63,136 nucleotides of DNA, from positions 1 through 63,136 of the forward strand of contig CAZVYS010000003.1 of the NCBI GenBank assembly GCA_964630755.1. The letters run 5' to 3'. A program made the position numbers and the translations under genes. Position 1 is the first letter of the stretch, and the number at the start of each line of letters is the position of its first letter. This document shows positions 17,951 to 26,040 of this stretch, piece by piece. The notes below the pieces were generated by a model that saw nothing but the letters and a program-made list of their open reading frames with translations, did no database searches and was not told the DNA's origin. The DNA is from an uncultured Pseudomonadales bacterium. GTDB lineage: Bacteria > Patescibacteriota > Microgenomatia > UBA1400 > CG1-02-47-37.

Positions 17951-20278
17951 ATGCCTGAATCCAAGCAAAGTCTTAAAACTTCTATCAATAACTTGAAGGC
18001 AACAACAAAGCTAAAAATCTTTAAACTAACAAAAATTCTTAAGACTTCTATCCATAGCTTAAGGGTGAATACCCTTAAAACAATTAAAAACCTTGCAAAC
18101 TTTAGGGGACGAATATCCCCTCGTCAATTTGCTTTTATCATTATTCTTCTAGTTGGTTTAATCATCTTCATGTTCACCATTTTAAAAGACCTCCCTTCTC
18201 CATCCAGGCTTTCATCTGATGAATTTCCCGTCTCTACTAAAATTCTTGATCGTAATGGTCAAATTCTTTACGAAATTTATGCTGATCAAAACAGAACTCC
18301 AATTAAAATCAAAGATCTGCCAGACTATGTATTAAAAGCCACCATTTCTATTGAAGACAAAAACTTTTACAAACATCATGGCTTTGATCTGCAAGGAATC
18401 TCTCGGGCTTTTTTAAATACTCTATTTAAACAAAATCTCCAAGGCGGCTCCACCATCACCCAACAACTAGTCAAAACCACTCTTTTATCACCGGAAAGAA
18501 CCATCAAGAGAAAGCTCAGAGAAGCTATTTTGGCCTTAGCTACCGAGCTTCGTTACTCTAAAGACGAAATTATTCAGATGTATCTTAACCACGTTCCTTA
18601 TGGTGGCACTGCCTATGGCATCGAGCAAGCCAGCTTAACCTATTTTAATAAATCAGCTAAGGACTTAAAACTAGAAGAAGCCGCTCTTTTAGCTGGCCTT
18701 CCCCAGGCGCCTACCCGGTACTCCCCTTTTGGTTCTAATCCCGACGCTGCTAAAAATCGTCAAGCCAATGTTTTAAAACGCATGTTCGAAGATGACTACA
18801 TTGACTCTGATCAACTCCAATCCGCCTTAGACACCAAACTTGAATACGCTCCTCAATCTCAAAACATCCTCGCTCCCCACTTCTCTCTTTTTATCAAAGA
18901 TCTTTTAGTTGAAAAATATTCTCAGCCCGTCGTAGAAAAAGGTGGTTTAATCGTCACTACCTCTCTTGATCTAGACATTCAAAAGCAAGCCGAAATCATT
19001 ATCGCCACCGAAAGCGCCAAACTAGAATCAGCTAACGTCAGTAACGCAGCCGCCCTAGTTACCAAACCAAGAACTGGAGAAATCCTCGCCATGGTTGGCT
19101 CCCGTGACTACTTTAACGCTGAAATCGATGGTAATGTTAATATTACTACTCGACTTCGTCAACCCGGTTCTTCTATCAAGCCCATCAACTACGCTGTTGG
19201 TTTAATCAAAGGCCATACTCCAGCCACTATGTTTCTTGACGTTCCCTCTTGCTTTAATGCTCCAGGTCAACCCTCTTCATATTGCCCCAAAAACTACGAC
19301 AATACCTTTCACGGCCCAACCCATATGCGTTTTGCTCTTGGCAACTCCTACAACATCCCCGCCGTCAAAATGCTTGCCAGTAATTCAGTTGAGGCCATGG
19401 TCGCCACTGCCTCAGCCATGGGAATTACATCTTATCAAGATCCAAAAAACTATGGCCTATCCCTTACCCTTGGTGGTGGTGAAGTTCGCATGATCGACAT
19501 GGCAGTTGCTTTTGGAGTTTTCAGCAATCAAGGCTTAAAAGTCGACCTTACTCCTATTCTTAGCGTTAAAGACTATCATGGCAACGTCTTAGAAAGCATT
19601 AATCTTGAAACCGAAATACCAGCCGGCGAAAAAGCCATTTCCCCAGAAGTAGCCTACCTTATCTCCCACATGTTGCTCGATAACAATGCCCGAGTCGGCG
19701 CTTTTGGTTCAAGCTCTGAGCTAGTCATCCGTGACCACACTGTTTCCGCTAAAACCGGCACCACCGATGACCTTCGAGATAACTGGACGATTGGCTTTAC
19801 CCCTTCGTACTTAGTCTCAACTTGGGTCGGCAACAACGACAACACCCCCATGCACCCCTACTTAGTCTCTGGTGTTTCTGGCGCCGCTCCCATCTGGCAC
19901 GACATCATGGAATATGTTCTTAAAGATGAACCTGACGAATGGCCCAAAAAACCAGACACTATTATTGGCCTTCAAGTCTGTAACCTAACTGGCCTTAGAC
20001 CCAATCCCGAATCCCCTTGCGAAACTAGATACGAATACTTTATCAAAGGCCAAGAACCAAACATGGAACCAATTCTTAAACGTGACATCTGGATCGACAA
20101 ATCCACCAAACGCCCACCCGTTCAAGGCAAAACCGACGACCTTGAGTTACAAGAACATATTGTTGTCTCAGACCCCGTCCAAAAAGACTATTGTGTTGAT
20201 TGTGAAAAAGAAATTGATGAGGAAGGTAAAATCAAAGAAGCTCCTTACACCATTAACATCTACCCGCCGGAAGAATAA
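17951..20278 (+). CDS. class A penicillin-binding protein (transglycosylase/transpeptidase), PBP1A-like
   Basis: GT51 motifs EDKNFYKHHG and GGSTITQQLVK, plus transpeptidase motifs SSIK, SYN and KTGTT. TGcTACAAT-N6-ATG precedes 17951. Confidence 0.9.
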   Translation: MPESKQSLKTSINNLKATTKLKIFKLTKILKTSIHSLRVNTLKTIKNLANFRGRISPRQFAFIIILLVGLIIFMFTILKDLPSPSRLSSDEFPVSTKILDRNGQILYEIYADQNRTPIKIKDLPDYVLKATISIEDKNFYKHHGFDLQGISRAFLNTLFKQNLQGGSTITQQLVKTTLLSPERTIKRKLREAILALATELRYSKDEIIQMYLNHVPYGGTAYGIEQASLTYFNKSAKDLKLEEAALLAGLPQAPTRYSPFGSNPDAAKNRQANVLKRMFEDDYIDSDQLQSALDTKLEYAPQSQNILAPHFSLFIKDLLVEKYSQPVVEKGGLIVTTSLDLDIQKQAEIIIATESAKLESANVSNAAALVTKPRTGEILAMVGSRDYFNAEIDGNVNITTRLRQPGSSIKPINYAVGLIKGHTPATMFLDVPSCFNAPGQPSSYCPKNYDNTFHGPTHMRFALGNSYNIPAVKMLASNSVEAMVATASAMGITSYQDPKNYGLSLTLGGGEVRMIDMAVAFGVFSNQGLKVDLTPILSVKDYHGNVLESINLETEIPAGEKAISPEVAYLISHMLLDNNARVGAFGSSSELVIRDHTVSAKTGTTDDLRDNWTIGFTPSYLVSTWVGNNDNTPMHPYLVSGVSGAAPIWHDIMEYVLKDEPDEWPKKPDTIIGLQVCNLTGLRPNPESPCETRYEYFIKGQEPNMEPILKRDIWIDKSTKRPPVQGKTDDLELQEHIVVSDPVQKDYCVDCEKEIDEEGKIKEAPYTINIYPPEE
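18049..18122 (+). repeat. GAAT-loop double-hairpin repeat, copy C (PBP N-terminal tail)
   Basis: tatccatagc-TTAAGGGT gaat ACCCTTAA-aacaattaaaaaccttgcaaacttt-AGGGGA cgaata TCCCCT. Confidence 0.85.
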
Positions 20279-20283
20279 AACTC

Positions 20284-20356
20284 TAATAATTTCTGAATGG
20301 CGAATGCCATTCAAACTTCTGAAACCTTTGCAAGCTTTAGGGAGCGAATGCTCCCC
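20284..20356 (+). repeat. GAAT-loop double-hairpin repeat, copy D (intergenic)
   Basis: TGAATGGC gaat GCCATTCA-aacttctgaaacctttgcaagcttta-GGGAGC gaat GCTCCC. Confidence 0.9.
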
Positions 20357-20376
20357 CTTTTTCTATTCTTATAGGG

Positions 20377-20382
20377 TATAAT
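20377..20382 (+). promoter_or_regulatory. -10 box (TATAAT) 7 nt upstream of the PBP start codon; probable leaderless promoter
   Basis: TATAAT-actctcc-ATG with no Shine-Dalgarno sequence. Confidence 0.4.
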
Positions 20383-20389
20383 ACTCTCC

Positions 20390-22942
20390 ATGGTTAAAAG
20401 TAGACAAAATAGTCTATTATCCAACCCTTTAGCTTGGGTTGGTTTTGTATTGGAAACAATTGGTCGATCTACCTATAAATCACTCTTCTTCTTAATTAAA
20501 TTAACTTTCAAAGTTATCTTATCTACTATTAATTTCTTGAGGATGAATATCCTCAAATCTCTTAAGTCCTTTAACCGAATTTATCAAGGTTTACCCGGAG
20601 AATTTCGGGCGAATGCCGGAGTTCAATTAATTAAACTCTTGTCAGAAGTTAAAAACATCTTTAACAACGCTTTTAAACAAGCCTCTGATCAATTATCTGT
20701 TAAGCAACTCAAACTCAAATACCCTAAAGTCCGAAAACTTTTACCAGAAGTTAAATGGCGAATGCCATTTATCCATAAATTCTTTAACCGAATTCACCCT
20801 GCGACTGCAGGGCAAAAATTAGCTCTCAGTTTTTTCTTTATTTCTATCAGTCTCTTTTACTGGTTTATCATAAAAGATCTCCCTAAACCGACTGATCTTA
20901 CCAATCGCTTACCCACTCTTTCAACTAAAATCTACGACCGAAACCAAAAACTTCTCTTTACCTTTTACAAAGATCAAAACCGCACTCTTATTTCCCTAGA
21001 CGACATTCCCGAGCATTTTAAACAAGCCACTCTAGCTATCGAAGACCAAGACTTTTACCGCCACAATGGTTTCTCATGGCCAGGTATTTTTAGATCCTTA
21101 GAACAAATCGTTTTTAACCAACAACTTCAGGGCGGTTCTACCATCACTCAACAGCTAATTAAAAACGCACTTCTGACTCCCGAACGAACCATGAAACGAA
21201 AGCTCAAGGAGCTTATCTTAAGCATTGAAGTCGAACTTTTATATTCTAAAGATGAAATTCTGGAAATGTACTTTAACGAAGTAGCATACGGCGGTACCGC
21301 TTATGGAGCTGAACAAGCTAGTCAAACCTATTTTGGTAAATCCATCAAAGATGTCACTTTAGCCGAAGCTGCTCTTTTAGCTGGCCTGCCTGCCTCGCCT
21401 ACCACCTACTCCCCTTTTGGCTCTAATCCTCATTTGTCAGCTTATCGTCAACATCAAGTCTTAAACCGAATGGTCAAAGAACAATACATTGCCCCCTTAG
21501 AAGCCGAGTTAGCCAAAGATCAAAAAATTAAACTAGCTCCACAATATACCAATATCAAGGCTCCCCACTTTGTTATGTATGTAAAACAACTACTCGTTGA
21601 CCAATTTGGAGAGGCTTTAGTCGAACAAGGCGGCTTAACTGTCACCACCTCTCTCGATCTTAATCTGCATAATCAAGTTCAACAAATAGTCACTGATGAA
21701 ATTCAAAAAGTAGCCATGTTAAACATTTCTAACGGAGCTGCTTTAGTAACCAATCCTCAAACCGGTGAAATTTTAAGCATGGTTGGCTCTCGAAACTATT
21801 TTGACACTGATAAAGACGGCCAAGTTAATCTCACCACTGCCCTCAGGCAACCTGGCTCTGCTATCAAACCAGTCAACTATTCAGTTGCCCTTGAAAATGG
21901 CTACACAGCCGCCACCGTTATTAATGACTCTCCTATCACTTATGATATCGCCGGTTCAAAACCTTACTCTCCCCGTAACTACGATGGCCGCTTTCATGGC
22001 AACGTCACTCTTCGTTCTGCTTTAGCTAACTCCTACAATATCCCGGCTGTTAAAGTTTTAGCTAGCTACGGCGTTGACAAAATGATCGAACAAGGCCAAA
22101 AACTAGGCATCACCACCTGGAATCAACCCGAACGATATGGTTTATCTCTTACCCTAGGTGGCGCCGAAGTCAAAATGACTGACCTGGCAGTTGTTTTCAG
22201 CACCTTAGCCAATCAAGGCAATAAAATTGATCTTCATCCTATCCTAAAAGTTACTGACGCCAAAGGAAAAACTCTTTTAAACTTTGACTGCAACAAAACC
22301 ATCGCCGAATCCATTCCTCGTTCTATCAATAGCTTAGGGGTGAATACCCCTAAAACTACTAAATCTTTGCAGAATTTACCCGGCGAATGCCGGGCGAGCC
22401 AACCAAATCAAATCCTTAATCCACACACAGCTGCCATCTTAACCAACATTCTTTCCGACCCTCTCGCTCGAACTCCCGCCTTTGGCACTCGATCTTACCT
22501 AAACATTCCAGGGCATGTTGTGGCTGTTAAAACCGGCACCACCAATGACAAACGAGACAACTGGACTATCGGTTACACCACTGATTATCTTGCTGCTGTC
22601 TGGGTTGGCAATAACGACAACACCCCTATGTCTCAAGTTGCTTCTGGCATCACTGGTGCTTCTCCCATCTGGCATAACATCATGAACAAAGTCTTAGAAA
22701 ATCAACAATCACACCAATTCTCTTATCCTACTGACTTACTAAAAGCCGACATCTGCCCCATCACCGGCCAACTATCTTGTGAAGGCTGCGGTGGAAAAAT
22801 TGAATACTTTGTCAAAGGCACCGAGCCCAAACTCCGCTGCAAACCTGAATACATTCAACAACTAAAAGACGACCAAGCTAAAAAAGATCAGGAAGAGGCA
22901 GAAAAAAGAAACCAACTTCTCGAGGGAATTTCTACCAACTAA
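20390..22942 (+). CDS. class A penicillin-binding protein, second tandem paralogue, carrying repeat insertions
   Basis: EDQDFYRHNG, GGSTITQQLIK, SAIK, SYN and KTGTT. A long N-terminal tail holds repeat copies E and F, and copy G lies inside the transpeptidase region. An alternative start at the ATG inside copy F cannot be excluded. Confidence 0.9.
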   Translation: MVKSRQNSLLSNPLAWVGFVLETIGRSTYKSLFFLIKLTFKVILSTINFLRMNILKSLKSFNRIYQGLPGEFRANAGVQLIKLLSEVKNIFNNAFKQASDQLSVKQLKLKYPKVRKLLPEVKWRMPFIHKFFNRIHPATAGQKLALSFFFISISLFYWFIIKDLPKPTDLTNRLPTLSTKIYDRNQKLLFTFYKDQNRTLISLDDIPEHFKQATLAIEDQDFYRHNGFSWPGIFRSLEQIVFNQQLQGGSTITQQLIKNALLTPERTMKRKLKELILSIEVELLYSKDEILEMYFNEVAYGGTAYGAEQASQTYFGKSIKDVTLAEAALLAGLPASPTTYSPFGSNPHLSAYRQHQVLNRMVKEQYIAPLEAELAKDQKIKLAPQYTNIKAPHFVMYVKQLLVDQFGEALVEQGGLTVTTSLDLNLHNQVQQIVTDEIQKVAMLNISNGAALVTNPQTGEILSMVGSRNYFDTDKDGQVNLTTALRQPGSAIKPVNYSVALENGYTAATVINDSPITYDIAGSKPYSPRNYDGRFHGNVTLRSALANSYNIPAVKVLASYGVDKMIEQGQKLGITTWNQPERYGLSLTLGGAEVKMTDLAVVFSTLANQGNKIDLHPILKVTDAKGKTLLNFDCNKTIAESIPRSINSLGVNTPKTTKSLQNLPGECRASQPNQILNPHTAAILTNILSDPLARTPAFGTRSYLNIPGHVVAVKTGTTNDKRDNWTIGYTTDYLAAVWVGNNDNTPMSQVASGITGASPIWHNIMNKVLENQQSHQFSYPTDLLKADICPITGQLSCEGCGGKIEYFVKGTEPKLRCKPEYIQQLKDDQAKKDQEEAEKRNQLLEGISTN
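20524..20621 (+). repeat. GAAT-loop double-hairpin repeat, copy E (expanded second hairpin)
   Basis: tactattaatttc-TTGAGGAT gaat ATCCTCAA-spacer-CCCGGA gaat TTCGGG overlapping TCGGGC gaat GCCGGA. Confidence 0.8.
20750..20813 (+). repeat. GAAT-loop double-hairpin repeat, copy F (degenerate second loop)
   Basis: AAATGGC gaat GCCATTT-atccataaattctttaaccgaattca-CCCTGC gact GCAGGG. Confidence 0.75.
22324..22395 (+). repeat. GAAT-loop double-hairpin repeat, copy G (inside PBP transpeptidase region)
   Basis: tatcaatagc-TTAGGGGT gaat ACCCCTAA-aactactaaatctttgcagaattta-CCCGGC gaat GCCGGG. Confidence 0.9.
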
Positions 22943-23016
22943 CTATTAATTTCTTGAGGGTGAATACTCTCAAATCAACTAAATCCTTTGCAGTCTTTAG
23001 GGGGCGGATGCCCCCC
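22942..23016 (+). repeat. GAAT-loop double-hairpin repeat, copy H
   Basis: actattaatttc-TTGAGGGT gaat ACTCTCAA-atcaactaaatcctttgcagtcttta-GGGGGC ggat GCCCCC. Confidence 0.85.
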
Positions 23017-23992
23017 ACCACTCCCAGACAACTCGACTAATTTTTGGCAACACCTCCTGCGCCTCACCATCGTTAACCCCTGAACTCATCATGCAGATTA
23101 CATAAGGCTCATCTGCATAAACTATCCCACAATCATTCACAATCCCTGATTCTGATCCAAACTTGTGAACTACTTTTACTCCACTTGGCACCCCCGCTGT
23201 AATCCGATCTTCATTAACTGTCATAGTTAAGCTTTCAAATAACTTTTCCTTGCTTTTTTTACTAATAAACTCATTATTATATAAATCTTTAAACATCTCT
23301 CCTGCCTCTTTAGTTGTCATTTCTTCTGGTAATTTTTCATTAACCCACTTACTCATTAACTGCGCAGCCATATTATCACTTTGATTAGCCATCAGCTCTG
23401 CTATTTCTTGATAAGTATACTCCGTACCTATTGGTTGATTTTGCATGCTTCCAGTTCCATACTCCCATCGGTCAACTTCTTTTAAAACATATAGCTCCTC
23501 CGAATTAATCTTCCCGCTATCAACTTGCCTATAATACTCCACCAAAACTGGCATCTTAGAAACTGATGCTGCAGAAATTGTTTTATTAGCATTAATCACA
23601 AACCCTTCTTCTGTTACTAAATTCTCCACCCATACTCCATAATCACCACTCAAATCTTTTAACAATTCTTCCACTGCCTCTTCCACGTCTTGTTTTTCTT
23701 TAATCGTTACCTTAAAACCAATCACCTCAGACACATCTTTAGCATCTCCAACTGGCTTTAAAATAGTAATTGTTTCAGGATTATTCCAGTCTTTCCACCA
23801 ATCCCTAACTTCTCTTGGTAAATAAAACATTAGCCCCAAAACTAAGGTAATTAACAATCCTACTCCTGTCTGTTTTCTTGATCCTTCTTCCCCGATCGTT
23901 TTTCTTCTCCTTTTTCTTCTCCGCTTTATTCCCTCTTCCCCCTCCACAAAATCCTTCTCCTGTAACTTCTCTTTATTTTCTTTATTCATCAC
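22997..23992 (-). CDS. class A beta-lactamase-like serine hydrolase, membrane anchored
   Basis: 331 aa with a basic N-terminus plus TM helix and SxxK motif ASVSK in a beta-lactamase-like fold region. The last residues (WWGASAP) are encoded by repeat copy H. Confidence 0.7.
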   Translation of the reverse strand: MMNKENKEKLQEKDFVEGEEGIKRRRKRRRKTIGEEGSRKQTGVGLLITLVLGLMFYLPREVRDWWKDWNNPETITILKPVGDAKDVSEVIGFKVTIKEKQDVEEAVEELLKDLSGDYGVWVENLVTEEGFVINANKTISAASVSKMPVLVEYYRQVDSGKINSEELYVLKEVDRWEYGTGSMQNQPIGTEYTYQEIAELMANQSDNMAAQLMSKWVNEKLPEEMTTKEAGEMFKDLYNNEFISKKSKEKLFESLTMTVNEDRITAGVPSGVKVVHKFGSESGIVNDCGIVYADEPYVICMMSSGVNDGEAQEVLPKISRVVWEWWGASAP

Positions 23993-24005
23993 CTAAATTT
24001 TAACA

Positions 24006-24072
24006 CATTAATCTAGGGGGCGAATGCCCCCTACACCTTTAAAATTACTTATTTACCCGGCGAATGCCGGGC
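24006..24072 (+). repeat. GAAT-loop double-hairpin repeat, copy I
   Basis: cattaatc-TAGGGGGC gaat GCCCCCTA-cacctttaaaattacttattta-CCCGGC gaat GCCGGG. Confidence 0.85.
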
Positions 24073-24339
24073 TAACAACTTATCAATTGTCTGCTTGTAT
24101 CTTAACTTCATCTTTTTTCTCCCATCACTACTCTTCAAATATTTTTCTCTAGCTCCAGCCTCTTTTTTATACCAATAAAACTCATATCCAACTAACTTCA
24201 ATGGCCTCCTACTTCTCGTTGATATCACTTTCCCTTCAATGTGATTTTTAAACCTCATCTTCACATCTTCAGTTATTCCCACATAAAACTGCTTATCTCT
24301 TAACGAGATTAACACATACACAAAATACATTCTATTCAT
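24049..24339 (-). CDS. small GIY-YIG nuclease family protein (UPF0213/SLX1-like URI domain)
   Basis: MYFVYVLISLRDKQFYVGITEDVKMRFKNHIEGK is a classic GIY-(X)-YVG...R..H motif. 96 aa. Confidence 0.85.
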   Translation of the reverse strand: MNRMYFVYVLISLRDKQFYVGITEDVKMRFKNHIEGKVISTRSRRPLKLVGYEFYWYKKEAGAREKYLKSSDGRKKMKLRYKQTIDKLLARHSPGK

Positions 24340-25307
24340 TTACCTGGCGAATGCCGGGCTAACCATTTATTAGCTTCTGGTTCAAACAACAAGCCTTTTT
24401 TAGGCCCAAAATGTTTTACTACCGATGCCCCATTAACCATTCCTAACTTCAAGGCCTTATCAATAGAATAGCCTTTAATCAATCCAGCCACCAATCCACA
24501 ACCAAAAGCGTCTCCGGCCCCAGTCTCCTCTACTGTTTTAACCTTCATTCCTGGTAACTCAACCACTTTATTGTCTTTTATCACCGTTGCTCCCTTTCTC
24601 CCTTCAGTCATTGCCACAGTCTTTACTCCTAACTTTTTTAAATCCAAAACTATCGCTTCCTTATTTTTAAACTCATGTCTAGTTAATCTTCCAGCCTCTT
24701 GTCGATTTAAAAGCAGCGCCTCTACTTGAGGCAAATAAGCTCTCAACTTATCTTCCGCTTGAATTTCTTTACTGCCTGGATTCAAGGCCACTCTAATGCC
24801 TTTTTTTTGAGCCTCCCTCACAATCTTTGAAAGCAAGTTAAAATCTCCCCCCAAACTAGAAACATAAAACCAATCTGGCTCTAGCTTATCCCAAGCCACC
24901 TTAGATAAAGATAGCTTGCTACTAGCTCTTCGATAAACCAAGGCTGATCTTCCTCCTTCTTTACTTACTAACATAGTTGAATAACTAGTCGGTTCATCTA
25001 CTTGCTGAATATACAAAGGACTCACTCCTTCTTTTTTCAGTTCTTTTCTCACAAACAAACCCCAATCGTCTTTACCTACACAGCAAACCGCCGCAGTCTG
25101 AACCAGAAGTCTCTCAAAGCCCACCGCCGTATTAGTTCCTCCCCCTCCAGTAGTAATCACCTGCTTTTCTATATTAATCTTGCCTCCATACACCTCGCAC
25201 AAAGCCACTCCTGTTGGGCTCGAAGAAGTATTTATCATCTTAAAATCCGAAGATTGTAAATACACATCTACAAAAGCACTACCAAAAGTCACTACATCAA
25301 ACTTCAT
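24336..25307 (-). CDS. PfkB-family carbohydrate/nucleoside kinase
   Basis: N-terminal GG motif (TTGGGGTNTAVGF) and C-terminal TGAGDAFGCGLVAG anion-hole motif. Confidence 0.85.
   Translation of the reverse strand: MKFDVVTFGSAFVDVYLQSSDFKMINTSSSPTGVALCEVYGGKINIEKQVITTGGGGTNTAVGFERLLVQTAAVCCVGKDDWGLFVRKELKKEGVSPLYIQQVDEPTSYSTMLVSKEGGRSALVYRRASSKLSLSKVAWDKLEPDWFYVSSLGGDFNLLSKIVREAQKKGIRVALNPGSKEIQAEDKLRAYLPQVEALLLNRQEAGRLTRHEFKNKEAIVLDLKKLGVKTVAMTEGRKGATVIKDNKVVELPGMKVKTVEETGAGDAFGCGLVAGLIKGYSIDKALKLGMVNGASVVKHFGPKKGLLFEPEANKWLARHSPGK
24338..24363 (+). repeat. solo second-hairpin copy J
   Basis: atttaCCTGGC gaat GCCGGGctaac, 25/26 identical to 24051-24076. Confidence 0.85.
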
Positions 25308-25941
25308 TAACTAACTCCTTAAACTTCTCATGCTGACCCTCAACATCTTTAGCTTTCCACATAGCACTACCAATCGCTAGCACATCAGCGCCATACTTAA
25401 CACACTTCTTGATCGTTTTCTCATTCACTCCCCCATCTACACATATTTCTTTTTCAAAACCCTTTGTTCTTAAATCTTTTACTTTTGCTAAACCTTTCTC
25501 ACTTAAGCTTTGCTTTTCTTTCCCTGCCCTAACAGTCATTATCAATAACTGATCACATTCTTTAACCACCATCCAGTCAAGCTCTCTCAATTCCGTTTCT
25601 AAATCAACTGCTAAGCCAGTCTTAATCCCTAGCCTTTTTCCCTCTTCCACAAACTCTCTCTGATTGCTCATATTTTCAATATGTCCTACCACCAACTCAA
25701 CTGCTTCATCAGCACATAACTTAAGCCATTCAATTGGCTCTAGTACCATTAAATGCACCTCTCGCTTTAAAGTTGTAGCCTGGCCAACCATTCTCTCAAC
25801 TCCTAAACTTGGTTGTTGACTAAACTCCTCATCAGCTATATCAAGCTGCACACTCTCCACTAACCCTTCATATAACTCTAGCCTGTCTATTAAAGCCACC
25901 TCATCTAACACAAATATAGTCGGCACTATTCTTATATTCAT
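25297..25941 (-). CDS. rpe: ribulose-phosphate 3-epimerase-like
   Basis: 214 aa with TIM-barrel-like pattern PTIFV...LDIADEEF...HLMV...VDGGVN...GADVLAIGSA. Confidence 0.75.
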   Translation of the reverse strand: MNIRIVPTIFVLDEVALIDRLELYEGLVESVQLDIADEEFSQQPSLGVERMVGQATTLKREVHLMVLEPIEWLKLCADEAVELVVGHIENMSNQREFVEEGKRLGIKTGLAVDLETELRELDWMVVKECDQLLIMTVRAGKEKQSLSEKGLAKVKDLRTKGFEKEICVDGGVNEKTIKKCVKYGADVLAIGSAMWKAKDVEGQHEKFKELVNEV

Positions 25942-25970
25942 AATCCCATTATATAAAGTCTTAAGCCTTC

Positions 25971-26040
25971 TACCAATAGCCGAATGATGAATATCATTCG
26001 CCTAAATCACTTAACTAAGTTTACCCTGCGAATGCAGGGC
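25971..26040 (+). repeat. GAAT-loop double-hairpin repeat, copy K
   Basis: taccaatagc-CGAATGAT gaat ATCATTCG-cctaaatcacttaactaagttta-CCCTGC gaat GCAGGG. Confidence 0.9.

Noticed and set aside
20284-20813. Three repeat copies within 530 bp considered as a possible CRISPR-like array.
   Set aside because: Spacing is irregular, the units are double hairpins of about 70 bp with variable stems, two copies lie inside an ORF, and no cas genes are present.
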